DNA from: Felis catus
Taxonomy: Eukaryota
Direction of reading: 5' to 3'
Assembly: GCF_018350175.1 (NCBI RefSeq)
Contig: NC_058368.1
Coordinates: forward strand, 223,326,001 to 223,390,000
Length of the DNA: 64,000 nt
Below are positions 50,796 through 64,000 of the stretch, in pieces (positions within the stretch are counted from its first letter, which is position 1; each line of letters opens with the position of its first letter). The translations under genes and the position numbers were made by a program. Under the pieces are notes generated by a model, which worked only from the letters and a program-made list of their open reading frames with translations, was not told where the DNA came from and did no database searches.

Positions 50796-52691
50796 AAATT
50801 TTACATTCTTAAATTTGTTTTTGTGTATATATTTTCTCCATGTAATCATTGTAATCTTTAGAAAACACAGGCTATGACTTTTTTAAAAACATAAATTTGC
50901 CAGAAACCTTGCACAGTGTTACACATGTCACATAATTAAAATTTATTAATGAATATTGAAGGACACATGAATGAACTTTCTGAGGACAAAACCTGGAAAG
51001 AAATTTTTACTCATCTATAAAATGAATAAAGTAATAGATATCAGTATTATTCTATATATAAAGGACACAGGATTGTATTTTGCAAAAAGTAGGCACTTGA
51101 TCAATAATACAGGATATTTTTAATGTTAGTGTATAAATAAATTAAAATTCTTGAAAGGCCCATTATTCATACAAAACTCCTATCATTTTCAAATTCCTCT
51201 AGTAAATGCTTCCTTGTCTTCTGAATTCAAGCAGGATTCAATTGTATTCATTGTTAATGACATTATATTAATGTCCCGAGGTAAATGAGCTTTCCTTAAC
51301 AGAAGACCTATGTGGCTTGCCACTGAGGAATTTCTCATTGAAATGGTATTAAGGTTGGAATGTAAAAGCAACAGCCAACATATATGGATTTACTGTGAAT
51401 TGTTATTTAATATCTAGTCCTTTCGCTGCTTTGCAAGTTGTAAACACCTAATATAATAATATGTAGGTATATATGTTTTATAAATGTTAATTCACGCCTG
51501 TTATGATTCTGTATGATCCATTCTTACCATGCCTGTCACTTGCTATGGAACCCATTTCATAGAAGTTAAGAGGTTTCTTATCTAAATGTGCCTTATTATG
51601 AAATAGTAGAATCAGGATGTGGGCAAATGCCTGTCAGACTTTCAATTTCACATTATTTCCATTACTGCATCCTGCCTTTGTGTCACATTTAGGAGTGCAG
51701 CAGATTAATTTGTGATTCTGATGCATAAACCAGAGAAACCTTTCATAAAGTTTCAATCAAGTTGTGTCCCTATTTATGAGGCAAAAACAAAGTAAATGCA
51801 GCTTAGAGCAACAAAGAACTTTCAATTCAAACACATTTTGCATTTCTGAACCTGGTGTCATATTCGAAAGTCTCAGACAACACAAAATACTGAATGACTC
51901 CCAAGATAGCATTTAGTGAAATTCAGTGTTTTGTATCATCAAATGTTGATATGTGATCTATATTTTTAGACAACATAAAGTAAAAGCTAGTCCTCATAAC
52001 CTTTCCTGATAGACTGAGTAAGGCCAAAGTCGTAGGAAGACTTAGGTTGTCTTCTCCATGCAGAGGTTGTATCAGGACTAGGAGGAAATAATTTATGTCA
52101 TTAGGAACGAAGTTTGCCCCAGCACACCCAGGAGTTAGGGAGAATTGCTATCATACTCATTTTAGGGGGGTTTGGGGGGGAACTGAGTCACAGAGGTTAA
52201 CTAACGTATTCCAGATTCCAGGGCAAGTAAGTATAAGTAGCCTCATGACAATTCAGAAATTCTGCCACTGGAAGTAGGCTCCTGATGGTCATTCTGCTAT
52301 ATTGCCTCTGCTATAGTGTAATACATCCATAGGACATAACTTTTATTGCATAAGTTTGGATTTGCTTCTCTTTACATCACAGCCCCACTAAGCTAGATGA
52401 CATACATAAATGTCCATTTTTTTTTCTTCGCTTACCTGCACAGAAAGGTTTGCTTTCATGTTTGCATGAATATGCGCCAAACTAGTCCAGTACTTAAATT
52501 TAGAAGAAATCTTTAGGATAGAATATACATTTTCTTTGCAGAAAAGTAATTGAACTCATTATTTGCATGGAAGCATGTTGACTAGATGGTAGAGATATGT
52601 CTTTGTAGCAAAGAAATATGGAAAGTACCAAAAAATTACAGATGTGAAAAATACAACGTTGCTTCTCGCTTTTCATTTAATATGGGAGATT

Positions 52692-52908
52692 GGGGCGCCT
52701 GGGTGGCACAGTCGGTTAAGCGTCCGGCTTCAGCCAGGTCACAATCTCGCGGTCTGTGAGTTCGAGCCCCGCGTCAGGCTCTGGGCTGATGGCTCAGAGC
52801 CTGGAGCCTGTTTCCGATTCTGTGTCTCCCTCTCTCTCTGCCCCTCCCCCGTTCATGCTCTGTCTCTCTCTGTCCCAAAAATAAATAAACGTTAAAAAAA
52901 TAAATAAA
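52692..52908 (+). mobile_element. Felid Can-SINE (very young)
   Basis: TSD atgggagatt; near-consensus body. Confidence 0.97.
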
Positions 52909-53473
52909 ATGGGAGATTGCCACCATTCTTTTCCTTCTCTGCTCCCATTGTGTTTTCCATTTGCGCCTGCTACTCTCTCTGGACTTCATCTGTTTTGAGT
53001 GTTTAATTTGTATGCTAGAAACTTTAATACTGAAAAAAAAAAAAACACATGTGAAGGTAGAAAATCATTCAATCATTCTGTACTCTGGAAGTCAACATAA
53101 CTTAAAGACGTTTTAGTAAAACTCAATCTTATGAGAATAAAATACAAACAATTCAATAATTAATTTAATTAAAACATTTAATCCATCCCTTTGGGCACTT
53201 ACATAGTGCGGTTTTAGACAATTTCGGTACTGCCTAAACTATCTGTGTTTTTTATGACATGTTTTTATGACATATGACATTTGTTTTTTATGATCATAAT
53301 TCTTTAAGAAGGTTCTATGTCATACATATGTTTGTATTTTCTAATATCTTCTACAGGGTTCACAGTCCTTATTTTTGCTGTCATATAAATTTTAAATAAT
53401 TTTTCTGATGTGACTTGGAATAACACATTTATTTGTGAGAGTTTGTGTTTTTCTTCTAAAGGCATTTTAAATC

Positions 53474-53665
53474 TTTTTTTTTTTAATGTCTATTTATTTT
53501 TGAGGGCGATAGAGCACAAGTGTGGGTGGGGCAGAGAAAGAATCCCAAGCAGGCCCTGTGCTGTTAGTGTGGAGCCTGACATGGGGCTCGAACTCACAAA
53601 CGGTGAGATCATGACCTGAGCTGAAATCAAGATATGCTTAACCGACGGAGCCACTCAAGTGCCCC
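53474..53665 (-). mobile_element. Can-SINE
   Basis: TSD aaag(g)cattttaa. Confidence 0.92.
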
Positions 53666-54512
53666 AAAGCATTTTAACACTTTGATTTACTCAATTTAAT
53701 TTTATATCATTCAATAAGAAAACTCCTCAGCAGGATTTGATGATTTGACCACTGGTCGTGTTATTCTCCAATAAGTATAACCTCCTCCAGTTATGCCATG
53801 ACAGTTCCCATGATCAAGCCTTTGCTCAAAGCCAGAATAAAATGTGACTTGAAAGGAACTATAACCCATATTTTAATTTAAAAGTCATTTTAAACAATCT
53901 AGAAATTGTGGCCATATAGAAAACATCAAAAGAAGAGATTACGATAATGCTAAGGAAAAAAAAATAAAGGTAAATTTTGTCTTGAGTGAATTTGCAGCTT
54001 GTGATGAAAAATCATTTCACTCCTCAGGGAAGTTATTGAAGAAGAAATGAAAAAAATCGTCAACAAGAACCAGGTTGGTCTGCTATTTGGTAGATTAGAT
54101 AAGCAAGAAAAAAAAGTGTCTAGAAGCAATGTAAAGGATTTTCACAGTACAATTTTTCTTTTGTTTTTTATTCCTTAAACATATATTTAAATATAATGGG
54201 AAAATAACGTAGAAGATACTAACAACACAACTTAATAATAATAAAAATAACTCATGAAAATGAGACACCGTTATTTTAAAAGGAATGGGAAAATTGTGTC
54301 ATGAAAAATACTGGCATCATAAGGATTCATTCTTTCTGCTTAGGAAACATATAGATGTTAGTTTTATACGAGCAGATTTTAGGACACAAGCCGATGAACG
54401 TTGGTATCTGTAACCATATTCAGTTAAATGACAAATACCTTCTATGTTTTTGAAAGTGGAAGTGGAACATGAAGACGTGGAACACTTGATTGATGGTTAA
54501 AAAACAAATACA

Positions 54513-54730
54513 GGGGCGCCTGGGTGGCTCAGTTGGTTAAGCGGCCGACTTTGGCTCAGGTCACGATCTCGCGGTCTGTGAGTTCGAGCCCCGCGTCAGG
54601 CTCTGGGCTGATGGCTCAGAGCCTGGAGCCTGTTTCCGATTCTGTGTCTCCCTCTCTCTCTGCCCCTCCCCCGTTCATGCTCTGTCTCTCTCTGTCCCAA
54701 AAAAAATAAATAAACGTTGAAAAAAATATA
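54513..54730 (+). mobile_element. Felid Can-SINE (young)
   Basis: TSD ttaaaaaa(a)caaataca. Confidence 0.96.
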
Positions 54731-55824
54731 TTAAAAAAACAAATACAAAAACGACGTTATGTATTAACGATTAGGTGACAGATTATTACTATTATTTATT
54801 GAACCACAGCAGAATCTTCAGTCTCTTCCCCTTCTCAATTCATTCATGTCCTAGCTCAGTAATTATAGCAGTCGCTTCAGCTAATTTCTGCTGATTCACT
54901 TTTCTGTTATATAAGGACAAAGTTTCCCTGTTCCTGGGAACAGAGGATTTGAAAGGAATCTCAGGTGATCTGGTTAGGGCAGAGATGGGGACATAGAATC
55001 TTACCATCTTGATTTTACTTTCAAACACTAAAAGTCGAGTCCCAAAGTTCCTTTATAGAGGGAGGCCATTATATGGGACTAAACAGATACTATTCAATTA
55101 CCACCCCTTAAGTTTGTAAAGTAGCTAAGAAGGTTATGTTAAAGGATGTGTTAAGTAAATAAGTTGTATGAGAAAAAGCATCAATAGTTCTCTCCTGTAT
55201 CTTTACCAAGAATGCCTGGGGTCTTGCACTATATATAATACTTAAATTTCCACTCTTATATGGAAGCCTCTATACATTGATTTGTCATGTGGAGAGAAAT
55301 GGACTAAACTTTTTAGTCTATGTCATATAAGGGAAAAAATCCCCAGGTTTTGAAATCAGACAAAGCATTCAATTCTATGAACCTTGGATTTACTGGATGA
55401 TGAGGGACAGATTGCTAGTTTACCCCAAAGTCTGTTCACCTACTGTAGATATTAGTGATATAAACACCCCCTTGCATGTCTGCTAGCTGTGGAATACCTT
55501 ATCCAGCATTCATTCGCCATGTGTCACCATGGTTAAAAGTTGGCAATTTGGATGTTAGTGTAAGTGATGTGTCTCACTTTCATACAGGCCTTAGAAAGGA
55601 AACTATATGCAAGATTTCCAGTTCCTATTACTCTGTCTTTTCCTTTTGACTCAGACACGACAAAAGCAAGAATGAAAATCTTAGACTTGGAGATGGAAGC
55701 TGTTGAAGGTGGCAGAAATGCCTTACTAGCAATAGATTGTTTATATCTGTACTTACTGAGGGAAAGAATTAAGCTTATGTTGTATTTTTACCTCTATTTG
55801 TTACAGTAATTTATTTTCTACTTA

Positions 55825-55960
55825 AAACAATGGCCTTAGGCAAGTTGCTTAATCTCTCTGATATTAAGTTCTTTCATTAGAAAATTAGAATATAAAACCA
55901 GATTTACAGTGGTGTTTTGATAATTAAATAACCTAAGGCATTATTCAGCTTACATTTAGT
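55825..55960 (+). mobile_element. MIR fragment
   Basis: ggccttaggcaagttgcttaatctctctgatattaagttctttcattagaaaat. Confidence 0.65.
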
Positions 55961-57109
55961 GATATTATCCTATAAAATTTAAGACTATAGATTTGGGTAT
56001 AAAGTCCTTTCTGTGAGTCTACCTTAGCTATTTATTTGATGTCCTACCTGGGTCAGATGACTCTCCATAGATTCAGTTTCTTCTTTATTAAAGAGTATAT
56101 CACCTAACCAATAAAATTCATAGAAAGATAAAATTAGAATATGCCCGCATATATTATTAAGCTTACTGTGAGATATTTAAGTTTTATTTTATTCCTAGCT
56201 ACGAGTGAGAATATCTTTTGTGCATGCAGAGATGAAATTTTTGAGCATGTGTCCTAGGTGGTGGAAGACAGCCTCCAGTCCGATGGAAGAAGAGGGATCT
56301 TTGCAGAATTCAAGTAGAAAACGAAAGAGGAACCAGGTGGTCACACCTCTGTGGCCAGGGATGAGATGCCAGTAACAGAAGATGGGTCCTTGTCCAATAT
56401 AGAGTCCGTGAAGGTCATATGAAGAACAGGGAATTTTTTATTTTGTTTTTGTGTTTTGTGGTGTTTACTGTGCCTTTTGGGTCTCCACTCAAAGTCACTT
56501 GTAAGTTTGATTTTGTGTGCTAATGGAAGGTGATTTCTTATAGAGTACTTCCTGAGTCCAGCCATAAGACTGGCACAGGGGAAAAGCAGAGGTTATCCAT
56601 AAACAGACCATTTCATATGGTGCAACTACCGATACTAATGACCAAATACTACTTATCGCCAGATCTGGAATAGCAGTTACTAAAAATACCTGCTAGTTAG
56701 ACACTAATATTTATCTTTAAATATGAATATCTTATGTGAACCTACATTCACCTCTCTGCTCTATGACATATGCTCAGAACTTAGGTAACCATAGCTACTC
56801 AGTGATATTTTTGAATGAATAAATAAATGAATAATCAATAAGTACAAATCAGTAAATTATGAAATATCAATTACATAAATAAAATAATGAGCAATGACAG
56901 CTGAGCAAATGGATGAATAAATGTTTATCAAGGTGTAAAGTATGTGTGAAGAGCATATAACCTCATTCACTTTGGTTGTGGCTTTTGCTTTTTCTCAAGG
57001 TGTGATTGACATAAATTCACATAATTACAGCGTGAGATTTTATGTGATTTCCCATATATATGCAATCAAGAACATGAAGATATCCACCATCCCCAACGTT
57101 TCCAAATAC

Positions 57110-57266
57110 GGGGTACCAGGGTGGCTGTGGGTGGCTTGGTTTGGGCTCAGGTCATGATCTTACAGTTCATGGGTTCGAGCCCTGTGCTGAACTCTGCCCT
57201 GACAGCATGGGTCCTGCTTGGGATTCTCTCTCTGTCCCTCTTTCTCTCTGCCTCTCCCCTCCTCAT

Positions 57267-57303
<37 letters not shown>

Positions 57304-57310
57304 ATAAATA
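57110..57310 (+). mobile_element. Can-SINE (host of a nested copy)
   Basis: ggctcaggtcatgatct core, (CT)n, aaaataaata tail. Confidence 0.9.
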
Positions 57311-57316
57311 AGCTTT

Positions 57317-57508
57317 TAATTTTTTTAATGTTTTATTTATTTTAGAGACAGGGAGAGACAGAGCATGAACGAGAAGGGTCAGAGAGAGGGAGACACAGAA
57401 TCTGAGCTGTCAGCACAGAGCCCAACGCGGGGCTCGAACTCAGGGACCGAGAGATCGTGACCTGAGCTGAAGTCGGCCGCTTAAGCGGCTGAGCCACCCA
57501 GGCGCCCC
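57317..57508 (-). mobile_element. Felid Can-SINE inserted into the tail of the previous SINE
   Basis: Perfect 12-bp TSD taaataagcttt at 57305-57316 and 57509-57520. Confidence 0.95.
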
Positions 57509-60500
57509 TAAATAAGCTTTAAAAAAGAATAAACTATTATTATTTTTCATAAAGTTTCCTCATACCTCTTGGGAATCTATCTCACCTACTTTTCTACCCT
57601 CCATCCCCAGGCAACTATAAATGGCACCATTTTGGTATAAATGGCATCATTCAGTAAGTACTCTGTTTTATGTAGGTTCTTTTAATCAGAATAATTATTT
57701 TGAGATTTACTAATGCTGTAGCACATATAAATAGTTGCGGTTATTGTCTTTTGCTCAGCAGTATTCTACAGTATGCATATACCACAATGTGTTTCTCCAC
57801 CTATCAATGGAGAGAGACTTGAGCCGTTTCATGTGTTTGACTAATGTAAATAAATTGGTATTAACATTTTAGACACATCTTTTAGACACATTCTTTCTTT
57901 TCTCTTGAAAAAGACATAGGAGTGTCAATGTTGGATATATGGTAGCTGTATATTCTGAGAAATGGGAAAACTGTACCATTTTACATCCCACCCCCCCACC
58001 ACCAATAGAATCTGTGAATCCAGTATTCTTTCACATCCTTGCCAATATTTGATATAGTAATTCGTTAAAATCATTTTAAAAGTTTTTAGTGATAGCTAAT
58101 GGTTATTTTAATTGAATTTCCCTAAGACCAATAATACTGAGTTTTTTGTTTTGTTTCGTTTTTTTTTTGTTGTTGTTGTTGTTTTTCTGGTACTTGTATT
58201 ATATCTTCTCTCGTAAATTGTTTGGTCATAATAGTTTATCCATGTATTGTATTAGATTGTTTTCTTATTATTGTTTTTGTTTCTTATATATTCTGGAGAC
58301 AGATCCTCAGGGTATATATAATTTGTATATAATTTCACCCAGTATATTATTATTTAGTCTTTTCATTTTCTTAACAGCATCACCCAAACAACATATTTTT
58401 AGCAACTTTGATAAAGTCTAATTTATCAATAAATTGAATATGTAAGCACAGATCATGGTTTTGGAGTTGTAGCAAAATTTTTTACATAACCCAAGATCCC
58501 CAATTTTTTCTTATATTTTTTCTAAAGTCTTACAATTTTAGTTTCACTGTTAGCTCTTTGGTTTGTTTGACTTAATTTGTTTATATATCTGAGTTATGGC
58601 TAGAAGTTTACTTAATTACACATGTATATCAATAGTTACCGCTTCATTAGCAATAACTAGTTCTAGTTATGGCTAGAAGTTTACTTAATTACACACGTAT
58701 ATCAATAGTTACTGCTAAAAATATTATCAGTTCTGCCCTGCATTTCCTTTGTACTTTTATTCAAAATCAGTTAGTCATATATGTATGGATTTATTTAAGG
58801 ACACACTATTTTTTCATTAGTGTATCTGTCTGTCTTTCTGCAATACCACACTGTCTTGATTGCCTTTATAATTAGTCTTTAAGTTAGGTAGTCTTCTCCA
58901 GACTTTTTTCTTCAATATTATTTTGGCTGTCCTTGTTTTTTTTGTTTTTTGTTTTGTTTTTTGGTGTTTTTTTTTGTTGTTTTTTTGCATTAATAATTTA
59001 ATTTGCAATTTAGAATCAAGCTGTTGACCTGTAGGAAAAATCTTACTGGTAGTTTTAGTGGAATTATGTTAAGCCTCTGGATCAATTTGGAAGAATAGAC
59101 ACCTTAAAATATTGAGTGTTCTGAGCCATTGCTCACTTATTTCTCCCTATATCAAGATTTTCTTTATTTTTTTCAGTTATGTTTAATTTCTCTTAGCCAT
59201 GAACCAGTCTTTAATATCTTTTCAACATTTGTTTCTAATTACATAATACCCTGATGATACTATTTAAAAAATATTTTGGTTTCAATTTTTGCTTACTGGT
59301 TCCTTGCATACAGAGATAAAAATGATTTTTGTATCTTGAGTTCATATTCTTCCATCTGACTAAAATGACTTATAATTTCTAATACCATGTTTGTAGATTC
59401 AGTGATTTTTTTTACATAGATAATACTATCATCGGTGAATTCACAAAGATTTACTTCTTATTTTCAAATACAGAGACCCCATATTTATATTTTCTGCTTT
59501 ATTCCCTGCCTAAAACCTTTTGTAAAATATTAAATACAAGTGGTGATATTATATGTCATTGTTATGTTCCTGATCTTAGGGGGAAAGCATTCTTTCATAA
59601 TTAATCACTAGGTTAGATGAAATATTTTTATAGATCACCTTCGTTAGGTTGAATATGCTTCCTTCTGTTTCTAGTTTGTTGTTTTTTTTATCAGAAATGG
59701 ATGTTGGATTGTGATAATTCCTTTATGTATATTTGTAGAAATATTTGTACTTTTTTTCTTTCTTTGTTATGGAGAATTACATTTGATTTTCAAACATTAA
59801 ATTTACATTGCATTCTTGAGGTACTCTCAACTTGGTCATGAGGTATTATCTTTTTAATATATTGCTGGATTTGATTTGCCAATATATTAATTAGAATTCA
59901 TCTGTGTCCATAAGTGATATTTACTTATACTTCTATCGTAATATATGTCTTATTTTAGTATCAGAATGATGATGGAATTACAAAATTAATTGGAAAGTAT
60001 TGTAGTTCACCCTTTTCAATTTTCTGAAAGAGTTTGGGTAGAATTGTTTTTATTTATGAATGTTTGGTTGAATTTACCAGTGAAGCCATCTGAGTCTGAA
60101 GGTGTTTTTGTATGTTTGATTAATGGATTGTCTTTTGAGAACATTCAAATTACAAATTCAATTTCTTTTAATAGGATCAAAGCTATTTATATTATGTATC
60201 TTCTTGAGTGAGACATGGTAATTTGTATCTTCAAGGAATTTATTCATTTCATTTGCATTTCCGAATTTATTGGAATAAAGCTGTTCATATTTTTCTCTTA
60301 TTTATTTTTTTACTATTTGTAAAACTTAAATGATGTTCTCTTATTCCTAATATTGAAAATGTTGCCTTCTCCTTCTCTTCATCAGTCTGGCTAAAATTCT
60401 ATTAATTTTAGAAATTTTAATTATTTTTTTAAATATCCTATATAATAGACCCCTATTGTTTTGAAGAATGTCAACTATAAAACCTACTTTACTTTGGAAA

Positions 60501-62762
60501 TATAAAAAAACTAAAGATTAGTCGGTATTCATGATGACTTAAGAGCTATATTTACTTGGTGATTCTCCAACCATTCTTACTTTGATCAAGGAGGAACAGA
60601 ACTTTCATCTCAATGTTATTTTATTCTTATTCACCTTTCTTAACATCAACAACTTAGGTGATGATGTCTTTGATACACAACACCTGATTCTACATCCTGT
60701 ATGCTTTCGGATGCTCTAGATAAGCAGACCGAGGCCCATGACAACATATTTCACTCTTTCCTCCATTTGTTGTTTCAGATTATTTAGATATCATCTGTAC
60801 TGGTACAGCAGTAATGTTGAGCTTGGTTTATGATGACTAACCTCTACAAATTGTTTTTGCTTTTTACCTGTGAACCTCTATCACCTTTAATATGTATTGG
60901 GTGGAAAGAGAGAAATAATAACAACACAGGTGTCCATATAAACCTACTTTTGCTCTATATTTGCATTTCCTTTTTCAAAACTTGTGTAAAAACATGTGAC
61001 TACTAAAGTATTGTGTTATATAATATTTTATTAATATCTACTTTTGAAGCACTTGTCTTTTGTTACTGAGCATTATGATAAATGATTTACTGGCATCTCA
61101 TGAGTCTTTGTCCCTATGACTATCTTGACTATTAGTTCTTATTTATACTTTTTAAATGAAAAACATTACAAACACAGTATATTTCCATTATTCTTTACTA
61201 CAAAGATATACTCCAAAGCACCCACTCTATAGTCATACATTGATATAGTATCAAAGAAAAGAACAGCTTGTTGTTGCCGTAGTTGTTGAGAAAACAGTCT
61301 ATTTTATATTTCTTTGATGTATATATAACCAACTATTCTTTGACAACTCATTTTCTGAAATAGCCACTGACAATATAGGACATGTTAATTGCTCCATTCT
61401 TTGCCCTCCATTTTAATTTGATGGTAGTAGTATCGCTGATCCCTGCATGAATTTTTCCTCTCTCTCGCCCTGTTCTCTCTCTTTCCTTCCATCCTTCCCT
61501 CTTTCTTCCCCTTCCTATATTTTTTTCCTTTTTTTCTTCAGTATTGAGTACCTTTGAAGAGACCATGTAAATTAATAACAAATAAGTCCTTACTGATGCT
61601 TTGCACCTATCTGTTCGTACCCTGGGCTAGGCAATGATTCCTCCTCCACTGCATAAGTGATGAGCTTCTTAAAATCTGATACATAATACCGTGTGTTTGC
61701 CAGCAGTAAGGATATGTTTGGCAGGTAGAAAAGAAAACTTGCTTTTGCTTCCCTTTGATTCTACTCATTATGCTCTTACCTTCCAGTGCACTCTTCTTTT
61801 CTTTTCTGTGTCAAATCCACTGTTTCATTCATCTGCTAAAATTTTGATTCTTGTGTTATTTTTCACTTCCAGATGGTATATTTCAAATGGCTGCTCGTTC
61901 CTGAGGGTTTCTTGTTGTGCGAGCATTTTTGTCCTTGCATCCTGTATATCTCTAATCATTTTGTGCACAGTGTAATTTTTCTGTAGTCCGATGTTACCTC
62001 TGCAGCTTTTGATCATGAAAAACCAGTTGTTTCTCAACTTCAGCTCCCACTTGTGTTGGCTTTCCTTTTCATGTGTTTCATTTGTTGGTGTAAAGACATG
62101 CTTAGTTTTCATAGATACGATTCCTGTGGGCCCCACTTAGTGAAACTCTCTTCTGTGGAACATATGCATCTATCTCAGCTGGTAATTGGGACATGCCCCT
62201 GTCCCTGGACTCCTTCGACGCAACCCTCTCCCTATAATTTTGGCAGAGAGCAAGGGTAGTAAACGTTCCAAGCATCTTCACCTTCACTGCCTATTGTTGT
62301 AGTCTGACTGCTTGTCCCTTCTGGCTACCGGCTTTTCTGATCCACTCCTGCTCCTGCCTTTCTTCCCAGAATCTGCTACCTAGGCTCCGGGGGCCCACCT
62401 GATGCCCACATATCCCTGCCCAGGCTCCAAGAGTTTTGAGCCTTAGCTGTTGGGCTCTGAAATCCAGGCGTTTTTCTGCTTTCACGTCTCATCACCTCCC
62501 CACCATCCCAAACTATATTGTTTTGGAGGGATTCCCGAAGGCCAGCAGTATCTCCAAGAGATACCCTGGATTTAGTGGAATAAAGAAAGGGTTTCACAAA
62601 ACTCTCCAGAAATTTCTCTGTTTTTCTCCCTTAATTTTTTAATTTCTGTGTGTTTATCTGATTTTTCCAGAAGTATTGGTGGTTCCCAAGTTTTTAGAAG
62701 TGTTCTTGGTTCTCCAACTGTTTTCTGGGTTTAATTACCATCTATAAAAGCCTTTAGATTTA

Positions 62763-62868
62763 GGGGCTCATTTGTTGAATGTCCAACTCTTGATTTCAGC
62801 TCAGGATCCCAGGGTCGTGGAATCAAGCCCTGTGTTGGGCTCTGCGCTGAGTGTAGAGCCTACTTGGG

Positions 62869-62924
<56 letters not shown>

Positions 62925-62993
62925 CCTCTGCCCCTCTCCCCTGCTTACTCTCTCTGAAAAATGAAAATAATATTAATGATAATAATAATAATT
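62763..62993 (+). mobile_element. Can-SINE with long (CT)n
   Basis: Perfect 17-bp TSD aaaagcctttagattta at 62746-62762 and 62994-63010. Confidence 0.93.
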
Positions 62994-63836
62994 AAAAGCC
63001 TTTAGATTTACAACTATCTTTTATTTTTGATCTCCCATTTATCTGTCCAGATCCACTTATGAGTTTATAGATAGCTCAGATCTCAGTTATCCCTATCATA
63101 TCATCTTCTATATTAAAATCTTCTCCTACCTTTCAGTGTCTCCCATATTATTTTTAAAATGTAAAAGGCACAATTATCTCCCTAATTCCTAAGATAGTAA
63201 ACAAATTGCCACCCTGCTTGACTCTGCTTCTTCCTTTGTCCTATGTTAAAAAATCAACCCATTTCTACACCTTTAATATAATGCCTATTTACTGTCTTTA
63301 TAATGTGTCTCCATTTTGCATCTTGAATACTTCCCCTTCCGTTAGTTGTTTTTTTTTTGTTTGTTTGTTTTTGTTTTTTTCTGTTTTTTTTTTTTTTTAA
63401 CACAGCCTCTTAACCTGTCAGGTTTCCTACAGCTTTCCCCCTTTAACTCAAATTTTGCATTATTTTATCTCTCCAGAATTCAATTCTGCTTCTATCATTG
63501 GGCATGCTCTCCTTCTCTCTACACCTCCCTTTTATGTTCAACACATTTGCACAGATTTTTCTTTTTTTTTTCAGTAAAAACTTTTAAACTGTTGAACGTG
63601 CCATTCAAGGACTTGAGCCCTACCCACTTCTTCAGACTTCTCCTGATCTGATCTTGTCCTGTGGGCTCTGGAACTTAAGCATACATGTCGTTTTTGTTTT
63701 TGTTTTTGTTTTTTGTTTTCTTTCTTTCTTTCTTTCTTTTTTTTTCTTGTGTGTGTGTTCGTTTGTTTTTGCTCTTGAATTTACACTTACTGTTACATTG
63801 CCTGGTCCTTAATAGTTGTTAAGTTACTTTGTGTTT

Positions 63837-64000
63837 GGGGCCCCTGGCTGTCTCATTTGATTAAGTGACCGAATCTTGATTTCTGCTCACTTCATGATCT
63901 CATGCTTTGTGAGTTCAAGCCCCATATAGGGCTCCGCACTGACAGTGAGGAGCCTGCTTGGGATTCTCTGTCTCCCTCTCTCTCTGCCCCTCCCCCATTT
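63837..64000 (+). mobile_element. Can-SINE (runs off the window edge)
   Basis: ggggcccctggctgtctca head, gagttcaagcccc B-box region, CT tract. Confidence 0.9.

Larger units (their letters stand above)
56985..60420 (-). mobile_element. Old L1M (3' end and decayed ORF2), interrupted by nested SINEs
   Basis: Antisense motifs caataccacactgtcttgatt, gttcctgatcttagggggaaagcatt, aatttaccagtgaagccatctg. Confidence 0.8.

Noticed and set aside
53244..53293. Short tandem copies of tgttttttatgaca (similar small duplications at 57617-57652 and 57862-57890)
   Set aside because: Ordinary slippage duplications
56258..56340. Purine-rich exon-like segment (..MEEEGSLQNSSRKRKRNQ)
   Set aside because: Weak splice sites and no protein I recognise; cannot be supported without alignment or RNA data
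60750..60840. Acceptor-like ttcctccatttgttgtttcag
   Set aside because: No convincing donor or recognisable peptide; lies in probable old L1-like sequence
1..64000. Endogenous viral gene, NUMT or processed pseudogene
   Set aside because: No recognisable viral, mitochondrial or cellular coding sequence other than L1; a translated search would be needed to exclude very decayed copies

Overview
Mammalian, AT-rich, repeat-dense non-coding DNA. The tRNA-derived Can-SINE (SINEC) copies carry felid-type diagnostic sequence and the young L1 looks carnivore/felid, so this is most likely a cat-family genome (inference from repeat recognition, not a database search). I found no convincing host exon, RNA gene or CRISPR array. 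The only ORFs I can assign to known proteins are decayed L1 ORF1/ORF2; the rest are SINE, microsatellite or chance frames. Content: about 34 Can-SINEs (many with target-site duplications), one full-length but inactivated ~5.95 kb L1 (41968-47930, minus strand), three 5'-inverted L1 fragments, older L1M/L2/MIR/MaLR/hAT relics, and many microsatellites. Nearly all L1s lie on the minus strand, suggesting an intron of a + strand gene whose exons are outside the window. I do not see evidence for a new gene-based system. The most unusual structure is mutational: a ~1.6 kb AT-rich insertion (about 9070-10685) inside an L1 3' fragment. It is built from fold-back copies of its own left flank, an inverted ~190 bp copy of sequence ~1.7 kb downstream, and tandem duplications, which looks like a fossil of serial template switching. 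Repeat family names for old elements come from memory of consensus sequences and boundaries are approximate.
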